DNA from: Callorhinchus milii
Lineage: Eukaryota
Direction: 5' to 3'
DNA: 64,000 bases
Assembly (NCBI RefSeq): GCF_018977255.1
Contig: NW_024704742.1
Span: 87,668,001-87,732,000 of the forward strand
The notes beneath the pieces were generated by a model. The model had not been told where the DNA came from. It saw only the letters and a list, made by a program, of their open reading frames with translations, and did not search any database. The position numbers and the translations under genes are program-made. The first letter of the stretch is position 1; the number at the start of each line of letters is the position of its first letter. Below, piece by piece: positions 51,601 to 62,647 of this stretch.

Positions 51601-54600
51601 ATTTGTTCCGTGTCAGTAAGTTCTCATTCTCTTTACCATTTGCCTTTTTCACAGGAAAAGAGCCTTATTTAATCTTCACTAATCGCCATGACATCAGGAA
51701 ACTAGGAGTCCACCACAAAGAGTACACCCAGATAGCTGTCCAGCTGAGAAATGCAGTGGCGTTAGATGCTGACATTATTGAACAGAGGATCTTCTGGGCT
51801 GACTTGGCAGAGCGGGCAATTTTCAGGCAAGTCTAATTTGGCTGCAGTAGTGCAAGATGTGGCATTTTTAGTTGTAGTAATCTCTACATTTGATCATCTA
51901 CCAACATGTTATCCATCTGAACTGAATAATTTAGCCTCCTTAAGTATCTATAAATATTTTCATCTGGCAGGAGCATATACCAATGTGCATGTTGATTGCC
52001 TTCCTAGGCGTCCTTCAAATCAGCTTAAATTGATCATAACTAAATGAAAATTACACTTTGAATCATGAGTAAAGCAGTGAGATCACTTCATGGGAGAAGT
52101 CATCTCCAATTGTTTACAAGTAAAACTAATTTTAATATAATTCATTTTGCACCTGTGTAGTGTCAAGCCAATTGTTAGGCAGAACATTAAATTTTCACTC
52201 AATTCAGTAATGTAATCTTTTTTTAAAAAAAAAGTTTTCACTACTTTTCTGACTTTTTTTCCCTCCTGCAGCATGTCCATGGATAAGCAAAGTACCAATG
52301 GTGTTTTCAAAGTCATTAGTGGTGTACAAATCCATGTGGGTCTCGCTGTGGACTGGATCTATAAGCACATTTACTGGACCAGTTTGGATATTCAGGCAAT
52401 ATCTATGGCTACTTTTGATGGAAACAAAGTGAAGACTCTCTTTGACACTGACCTAAGGGAACCAGCTTCTATAGCAGTTGATCCAATATCAGGGTATTGA
52501 AGGCTACTGTTATCTCGTGTTGATTTCAGAAGGGTTTAATGAGTGAGGAGGCATCTTACAATTTGAAGGCTATCTTCCCAGGTAGCCCAGAATATTGGGA
52601 CCAGGTTGTCCATTTGAATCCCAGCGAGTTAACTCTGCCTTGCAATCAAAGTTGAGTACAGTATTAAAGCAATGCATGTCTATAGGGCTGCTATGAACTC
52701 AAAGAATTATTGGTGCGTGATCACCTTATGTGGCTTACCCACAAGAGTTGGATGCACATTTGTCTTCTACCCTATGAGCTTAAACCACCCCATTGTTTAC
52801 ATAGCTGAACACATTTACCAATCACACTTGAACCAGATTGCTAACTGGCTCTAAATGCAATGTTGAGCCAACCATTGAATGTACTCTCCAATCTCACAAC
52901 TTGAGATATTGCATAAAGTGCAAATTTCAATTGATGTGTGCTTTGGTTGAATTAATAAAGGCACTACCTCACTCTTTAAAGTACACCTTCAAATGCCAAA
53001 ATTTAAACAAGTGTTACTATTCAAAATGCACCAAAGGACTTCAATGTTTAAGACTAAAGCTTTCATTTTGACTATTTGCATTTTTCAAGGTTCATTTACT
53101 GGTCAGACTGTGGTGAGCCAGCAACAATTGAGAAAGCAGGAATGAATGGTGCTGGTGGTCGCCAGCTCCTAGTTACCAAAGGGATTCAGTGGCCAAACGA
53201 CATTACCCTTGGTAAGTAAAATGCTTGTAATTCTCTGGCTCTTAAGTTGCTAGACTAGGACTTAATTCAACACTTTCTTTAAACCAGATCTTGTGAAAAG
53301 CCGTCTCTACTGGGTTGACTCAAAGATGCACATATTGTCCAGTGTGGACTTAAATGGACAGGATAGAAGAACGGTGGTCCAATCAAAGGAATTCCTCACT
53401 CATCCTTTCGGTGTTGCAATATTTGAGGTAGGTTTTCTGGGCAAAATATTTCGCAAATGTATAGAGTAGTTTCTACAACCTAATTCATATTGGCTGCTCC
53501 AATATGAGTATATGCAAGAGTTTCAAACAGTGTGGGAGGGTGGTGTTGTTGGAACCAACCCCAGTAGAATGGAAATGGTTCTTTACTTCAGGAAAGTGAA
53601 CCATCAGATCATAAATTGCTGAGAAAAATGAAATTATTTGATTGAATCCCAGGCACTATTGCCAAACCATTGGAAAGAGTAATATATTATAACCATAGAA
53701 ATTTATAGCTCAGAAAGCCACTGAGCCCACTTTTCTGTGCTGGATTCAAAAGACAGATCATGAATTTAAGTGAATCTTTAAGGTAGCAGTTTAACACAGG
53801 CCCTAACAATCTTGTTTCAGGACCATGTTTTCTGGACAGATTGGGAGAAAAAATCTGTCTACGGAGCCAATAAGTTCACCGGTGAGGACATTGTGAATTT
53901 AGCCTCAAACCTTAAGGAACCTCAAGACATCATTATTTATCATGAGCTAACTCAGCCACCAGGTAGGATGTCATCTTAATGCAAAAACAATTGTGGTATT
54001 AGATGGCGAGAATAAGCATGAATCCGAAAAAGTCAAATTGCCACTTTATATAGCAGTTGTTTTCTGCCGACTGATGGCCTCTGCTGTCACAATGTATACT
54101 GGTGCCATTGCTAACTTTGGGATGTCCTCCTGACATGAAAGACGGTATACAAATTTTGTTTGTTAGCTTGATGACCTTCAACAGAACTTGCTCTAAAAGA
54201 AGCTGCATCTCTGCTTTTTTTTTGTACTCCATGGCATTTGTACTAAACTTTTTACACGTTTATCTACATTGAGGGAAACAATATCACAGGAGGTGAGTCT
54301 ATATGGAGAGAAGTGAACTGACTGCTCGATTTCACCCCGCACATTTGATCTTTAAAGGACATTCAATTGGCTGCATACTGCTCTCCCGCACCTTTTTAAT
54401 GATGGCATTTTGAAGATTTAGTGCTTGCTCTAGTTTCTACTGACTGAAAATTAAGGAATTTGCTTACCTTCACATCTCCTAAACTATCAATTAAGATGTG
54501 AGATTTATAAATTTGAGTGGGTTTCATGCATTTGTAGAATTTTATATAAATAAGTGTCCTGACTGAGGATCTTGAATTTGATGCAAGAAATTAAAGATCC

Positions 54601-57600
54601 TTGATTTTCCAGGTGTCGGTGGTGTTACCTCTTGTAAAGGACAGTCATTTCTACAAAGATTTCTTGCTCTTATCCTGTTTCTCCTCCTCACCAACGTGAA
54701 ACCAGTGTTTATTTGACTTCAGTTGAGTTGCAATGTAGGCAATAGTTTAGCCCCAAACTGTTTTGTGGCACCTGAACAAATTAGAATTTGGATTAAAATA
54801 AGGTACCATTATAATGTAAAATCTGATGGGAACCAGTTTTAAAACTATGGGATTTTAATCACACAGTATCACATTTTCTCTCAGCTTTTTATTCTGGGAA
54901 ACTCTTTCCCCTGATTACATTTTCTCCTTGTGCCTACCTCTCAAGATCAAAAGTAGAAAATACTTGCTTGCAATTCACTTTAAGACTAAAATGAGATTCC
55001 AACAGCAACTTCTTTCAAGTATGTTTTTGGAGCTCTCTAAGCATTTATGTGCCAGACATTTGTTTGAACGTTGGCCCGTATAAGTTGCATTTCCATAACC
55101 GGTGCATCCCACCCTCACAAACTCCAAATCCTTCAGACTTGCCACTGTAATAGCTGTTGTCAAAAGCTGGTTCCCTTTTTGTGTAAATCAAAACTCCTCA
55201 TTACCCAAGAATATACTTTAGCATAAATGTCAGAGGATCCTGTTTTAGTATATTCTTTTTTAAACAGGTGAAAACTGGTGCAATAAGCACTTTATGAATG
55301 GAGGCTGTGAATACCTCTGTCTCCCTGCTCCTCAAGTACATGGTTATTCTCCAAAATACACCTGTGTGTGTCCACCTGGAATGGAACTAGAACACGATGA
55401 AAAACATTGTAAAGCAGGTAAATGTGAAGCAGTTGTTTCCACACTCACACTTGTATAGGTGGCCACTTCCATGTGCATAATTCACAAGATGTGCAACTGC
55501 AAAGCAGAGTCGTCAAGGGCAGGAAGCTGAGCAGCTGCTTGGGCTCTTGGTCAAGAAAGCAGTCATTCCAATGAAATACCATTGGTCCTCATCTGAAGCC
55601 AGCCTGTTAAAGTTTGAAATGTGCACTGTAATTGATCGAAAGGTTACAAGGCTTGTAATGCACACATTTAGGCTAGAGTATAGTAGATCAGGAATTACTT
55701 CATAATTTGTTTCTGTGTAACTTCCCAGTTAAGACTAAGTCATCTATCTGGTAAATCTTTGAAATAAACTATTCTGAGATTTGATTGAATTTGTCAGCAT
55801 GTCCGGGGAAGGACCTTTAACAAGAGTTTTTTAATGGAACTTTCCAAGTGTCCACTTCAATACTTGATATTTAAATAATCCTTTTTAAAAAAAATTGGGT
55901 GACTCAATCCACGACTGTTTGTAGGCGATTGGCTGCCGCATTTCGCCCACAAATATACAGTCTTTACAGTATATCTGAAGTGCTTTGAAACTTCTTGAAG
56001 ACATGATGAGGCACTATGTCAAATGCAAGGATTATTATTACTGTTCTCAAATCTGGGTGCACTATAACTCTGCATTAGGAACAGTCTGCTCTGTCCCAGT
56101 TGTGGCTGGTGTTGGAACATTGTAAACCCAGATTCTAGTTTTGAGGAAAGAAAACGGTAAGATCTCAGCTCAGGAGTTTATGTTTATGATGTTCTTATTG
56201 GGTTTCCTATTCCAGCAGCAGTGTATTTCATAAACACGGCCATTATTTTGTTGTGCAGTCAATTGTCTTAAGGCAATTTGGAATGTTCGTTTTACAGACT
56301 TGTGTCTTATTTCATTTAGTTAAATCTACCTGCACAATATCAGACTTCATGTGCCACAATGGCCAATGTGTGCCTGATAGGTGGCAGTGTGATGGGAATA
56401 CTGACTGTGCTGATGGATCTGATGAAAGTCCAGAAATCTGCCGTAAGTTCTATTTTGAACTATTCCCGCCTTATGAGAACGATTTGAGAGAGAGAGAGAG
56501 AGATAAACTTCTTCGTTCTATTTAGTCGTCAACCTGTTTAGTGTTTTTACCAGAGGTTATGCACTGCTCTGCAGTGGTTGTCTAACCCTCTGCTTTGCAC
56601 TTCAAGGCTTTACCCAGCGTGAAGAGTGCTATATAAATGTTTGTTATGACAATACTCTATGAAATGCAAACGTTACAGTACATTATAATACCTGCATTTG
56701 AACCTGCAAATAACAGTTGATGGAGATGCATCTTGTATTTTAGATAGGTCTAAGGCATCTTTGGTTTCAGCAAACCAACTTATCCAAACTTTTAATGATT
56801 AAGGTGTAAACTTATGACTTCTTCAAACTAAATTGGCTTAGTTTTTATCTTTTCAATCATTCCCAAAGCTATTAAACATGTAGCTAATGTTCTTGTGCCT
56901 GATCTTTGAATGCCCCTTATGACTTTTATTGTTGTGGTTTCAATTGCACACCTGCTATTAACTCAGTTAAGTACTGAATGGTAGCAGTAGTATATCTGGC
57001 ATGTTGATGGATAGTGAGGGTAAATGTTTATCAACCCCAAACTCTAATAGATGAGATAATTCTAGCTGCCAAATATTGTGGTGATCTACGAATGTAGTTT
57101 TGGTTGGAGTTTCAGCTATTGCCTAGTGGTGCAGAATGTATATATCAGATACTCCTGAGAACCATAATTGGCTGATGTGAAGTGTTGTCTAATACCAAGG
57201 CTGTGAATAATTGAGATCTTGCATTTGCTGTGTGATTCAAGCTGTTTTGTGTTGATTTCATGCTTAGAATGGCATCCCAGTTTGAACAAATACTTATCTA
57301 AACTCCAAATGTGCATGTTTTAATGACTGTTAACAAGGCATAGCTTATATTTTTTTAAAAAGTTGGTTGTTCGCTATTTACAACAACTTTGCTGTTTCCT
57401 TCCTGAATTGATGCAGCACTAACTGGAACCTGGATATAATTCTCTTTCAGATATGAAGAAGTGTCCCATAAATGAGATCAGCTGTGGTCCTGGATCATTG
57501 CAGTGTATCCCAGTTGCTTGGAAATGTAATGGGGAGATAGACTGTGAAACAGGTAGTGACGAGAGAGACTGTGGTACGTTAAGAAACTATTTTCTCTGCC

Positions 57601-60600
57601 CCAGGATAAAGCCCTTCATTCTCCTCCTCTTTCCCTCTGCTCCCCCGCCCACTATGAGCGTGTGTAAATGTCAGCTTATCTAATTGTTTGGGAAAGAGGG
57701 AGAATTTTGCATTTCATTAAGAAACATTACAGACCAGGGATTTGCTAGTTCAAATCCCTGACGGCTCAGTCAGCTGGAGCTGTATGGGGGAACCTAAACC
57801 CCTATAGGTTTCCAGATGTGGCAGTCAAGCTCAACTGGGACACCTACAGTGAAGTGGCCTCCAATACTCGCTGCCCAGGTTCACAAATGAATGGGTATCT
57901 TGGTAGGGTACTGGAGGGGAACTATACCCCAGCATGAGGAGGCTGGAGCAAAATCAATCAAAGAGAAAATTGGACATCAAAATTTAGAACAATTACTTAT
58001 GTTCAGCGTTACACAAAATTAGAGTAATGCACCAGAATAGCCTCCTCATGCAAAATATCAGTAGACATTTATAATTAAATTGTCTATAGTGCATCTGGTT
58101 CTCAAAAGCAGAAGCGCAGGTAGACATTGCTATTTAAAACCTTCCAGGTTTACATCCAGGGATAATAAGGAATAAACCAATATCTTGCAATTTTGGAATC
58201 CTTATTTTTTGGCTCTGTTGAACACTGCATGTAGTTTTGTAGGAAGTACACAAGTGTTCAGTGGAAAGAAGACACTGATGTGGGTTATAATTAAGATGAA
58301 ACAGAAGGTTAAAGGGGGAGGATTCCAAATTACGGATTCTTTGGTAAATCAGTAGCAAGAGAACATACTCTTCTGTGGTGCATTTATTACAGCTGGGTGG
58401 CTTGCTTGATCAACCTCAAAGGGCAGAATGCAAGTGGCAAGGATGGCACATTTCCTTCCCTGAAGGGCATTAGAAAACCAATGGGGTTTGCAATCTGGCA
58501 GACTAGTATTTTTCTGTTGCTGACTCAAATTACCAACCTCCCAACAGCACAGCTGAGATCAAGAACTTGTGAATAGGGACTTTTCTTCATGTGTTTTGAA
58601 TTGTATCCCAAAGCCTTTTGCAAGTGCAACTTATCTACACTTATATAGAGTTAACTATAATGAGTTCCTGTGAATCAGTTGGACTTGCTTCTGGTAAGGC
58701 GCATGACTAATTAACAAATCTTGTGATGTATTGCAAATTAATTTAAATCCTATTTGTTTAAAGGCACTGTCTTAATTTCCTTTTACAAAAAGTTCTTTTT
58801 TTCTTCACTTCCTGTTAGGTCGCTTTACTTGCAGTCCAGTAGAGTTCACGTGCTCCAGTGGTCGATGTGTTTCCAAGACCTTCGTCTGCAATGGGGAGGA
58901 CGACTGTGGTGATGAAAGTGATGAACAAGGCTGTGCTGATTCTCAGTGTGGCCCGCATGAATTTCAGTGCAGCACTTCTGAGTGTATCCCTGTGAACTGG
59001 GTGTGTGACAACAATGTTGACTGTACTGATCAGTCTGACGAATCTCCAGGGCACTGTGGATACACACTCCCCCCTCCTGTGTTATGTTCTTCAAATCAAA
59101 TGCAGTGTGATTCTGGTGAATGTATCCACCGCCAATGGTACTGTGATGGTGACACCGATTGCAAGGATGGAACTGACGAAATTGACTGCCGTAAGTAATT
59201 TGTTTTTTCAATCCTATGCTCCTAATATTTCCAGAAGTGCTCTGTTCACTCCCTGCTCTGATAGCTGTGGTTCACCGCTGCTCAAGTTCACCCAGATTCT
59301 TCTTGATGGGAAGCTTCTGTTCAATGAGCATGAAAATATTTTGTATAGAGCCTTGTATGTTGCAAAGTATCATGTGCTAACAGCTATGAGGTGAATTACT
59401 AATCTGAATTTTCATTAGGAGCAGAGATTCTTCTCATTCAACTACTCTTAATCCTGCAAATCAAATTCATGATGGTAGTGTAATCCTAGCAGCAGGAAAC
59501 AGTGTTTGAGATGGCAAATTATTGCAGTTTTAACTCATTAAGCTACATCAGAACCCCAATGCACCCTCTGGGGTGTCTAAGCGTTGCCTTTTGCCAACTT
59601 GTGCTTAAAATACTCCAAACCTGAGCAAGCCGTAAGTGTCTCTGGGGAGAGTTCCCGTGCAACTTTACCTTTTCAATGACATGGATCAAGAAGGCACAAT
59701 GTCAGTTTAACATCTCATCTAAAGGACTGCACCTCTGATTACTCAGCACTCTCCATCTACAGCATGCTACAACAAGGATAGTAAGCCTTTGACTGTCAGA
59801 ATTCCAGAGTCTCTTAAGCTAGATGGTGCTTGATGCTTGTGATCTGCAGAGGCATTGTGGAGTCCTGTAGCTCAGTGGTTAGAGCACTCGCCTTGCAAGA
59901 GAGACACCTGGGTTCAATTCCAGGCCGGGCGAAACCTTGGGCAAGTTTCCTTACTCCACACGCCTAATAATAATCCTTCCAAAACAAAACAACAATAATA
60001 AAAAAAAATTGGTCATTTTCAATCCACGACTGTTTGTGGGACACTGCTGTATGCAATTGGCTGCTGCATTTTGCCCACAAATATTCGGTCAATTCACTTC
60101 ACAGTCTATTCTGTAAAGCACTTTGAGACATCTAGAAGACGTGAAAAGCGCTATATCAAATGCAAGGATTATTATTATCTTCCCTTGTTTAGTACTTCTC
60201 TCACCAATGCTTAGTAACAGTCTAATGGACAAATGTACAAGTGGTAAATTTGGATCATACTTAAATGTGACCATTCCAATTGCAGAAATATTAACTCTGT
60301 ATGCTGCAATACTTCTGTATGATAATGGTTTAATTGGCTGGCTGTTTATAGCAAAATTTCCAAGTACATATCTTAAATTGTTCTGTAATCTTCAATGCCT
60401 ATGCTCTCATGATTTCAGCTCCTCGAACATGTAGACCTGATCAATTCAGGTGTAATGATGGCAGCTGTATTGTTGGAAGTGACCAATGCAATGGAATTGG
60501 GGATTGTACGGATGGGAGTGATGAAGTCGACTGTGTGAAAGGTAAGTTTGTAACTGCATTGCAAGTGACCAGCTCATGAATTGATTTATAATCTGACCCC

Positions 60601-62615
60601 ATTTCTAACTGAATTTAATGTCTGATTTTAGCTCAAGTGTGCAGACCTGATCAATTCAGGTGTGGTGATGGTATTTGCATTGTTGGAAACATGCAATGCA
60701 ATGGAATTGGGGATTGTACAGATGGGAGTGACGAAGTCAACTGTGGACAGAGTAAGTATACAATTGCATTGCTTTAGTGACTAATCTTGTGGTTGTTTCC
60801 ATAGCATAAAGAAACTTTTTTTTCCTTTCAGTTGTTGCAAAGTGCACAGGACCTGCTAACTTCAAGTGTCTGAGTGGAGAATGTATAAATATGACACAAG
60901 TATGCAACCAACACCAGGACTGCAAGGATTGGAGTGATGAGCTACTCAAGAAATGTTGTAAGTGATTTGGAAGGTTCCAAAAGAACAAATGAACTTGATT
61001 TGTGTACAATCTTATTTCCTTCCCCTACTTTTTAAACTGAACATTTACTGATGTACAACAACAAATTACATTTGTATCGCACCTTTCATGTCGGGAGGAC
61101 ACCCCAAGGCGCTGGACAGTTAGGGATATGGACCCGAGCAGGGGTTTGCGATCAGGAGGGGTGGGAGGCAGGGAGGGCAGGAGTAGGAGGGTGACCAAAG
61201 ACGCGGTCGAAGAAGAGTTTTGAGATGTGCCTTGAAAAGGGAGGGAGCGAGGCGAAGGGACTGTTGGATTCTTTGACCAATTCATTGATTCGCTTGCTTT
61301 ATCCTTTCTGTAGACGTCAACGAGTGCTTGGACAACAATGGTGGCTGCTCTGACATCTGCAGGGACCTGGTCATTGGTTATGAATGTGAATGCCCTTCTG
61401 GCTTTGAATTGGTTGAAACCAAAATGTGTGAAGGCAAGTTAACTGATCCTGTTTCTTATACAGTAGTGTAAAGAAAACGGGTAATTTGTACACTGAAGAA
61501 ATATTGTAACTTTTCTATGCAGATATTGATGAATGCCAAACCCCTGAAATTTGCAGTCAAATCTGCACCAACCGAAAAGGAAGCTATATATGTGAATGTC
61601 ATGCAGGATATCACATGGATCAAGTTGATGGGGTTTGTAAGACAGTAGGTAAGTAAAGCTGATGGGTGTTGGACAACTATCTTGCATAGTTCACGACTGA
61701 CTTTTCCATCATTTTTATGATTGGTTGATTTGAGGTTGGAATCTAGCATTAATCAATGCGACTTCTACACTCCCTTCAACTTCAGCTAAAAATTGGTCAT
61801 CCAAGCTCCCTTAGTGACATCAGAAATATATATATACATCTTATAGTGCTTTGGGACATCCTAACATGAAAGGCGCTACACAAATACAACTTGTTGTTGT
61901 TATACAAATGTACAAAGCCAGCTAATAGAGCCTCCTATAACTTTAGTGGGACGCATCTGGTTTGACATGATGAACCCTCTGCCTCCATGCAATTTAATAA
62001 ATCCTAAAAGGCCCACCCCTCCTATTCCCTTTTCTTTTAAATACATTGTTTTTTTTCTTCAACCATAGCTTTCACATTCTCATTCCTTTCAAATTTTCCT
62101 TCTAAACTACCTTTAAGACCTACTAGCCATATCAGATTTATGCATTTTATTCTGAATACTTGTCAATTTCAGGCACTTGTTAAATGACTTGTGTTTTCAA
62201 ATTTTGAACTGCTAGAGGCAAAACATCAGATCTTTTAAAAGTAGATTCAGCTTTTATAGGTCAAACTAAAATGTACTGATTAAGTACAATAAATCAAGAA
62301 TTTAACTATTAATTCTCAATTAGGGATATATATGTAAATTGCTAGTTGCATAATCCTTGCATTTGGTGTATTTTCATGTAATTGGAATGTCTGAAATTAC
62401 TTTACAGGGTTTACTGTGCAGTGAGTAGTGACAACTTGCATCAATCTTTCATGTAGGATAACGACCTATACCTTTGTACACAACAGCCAATTTGTGCACA
62501 GCGATGTTCCACAAACAGCCATGAAGGGAGTCAATGTCCAGATTTTTGTATCTGGAGATTATTGGCCAGCACACCTGTCTATACATGCTTCTCCTCTGTA
62601 TTATATTTTATATAT

Positions 62616-62647
<32 letters not shown>

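Noticed and set aside
53485-53507. Hairpin tcatattgg-ctgct-ccaatatga
   Set aside because: A 9-bp stem is plausible by chance in 64 kb and has no supporting context.
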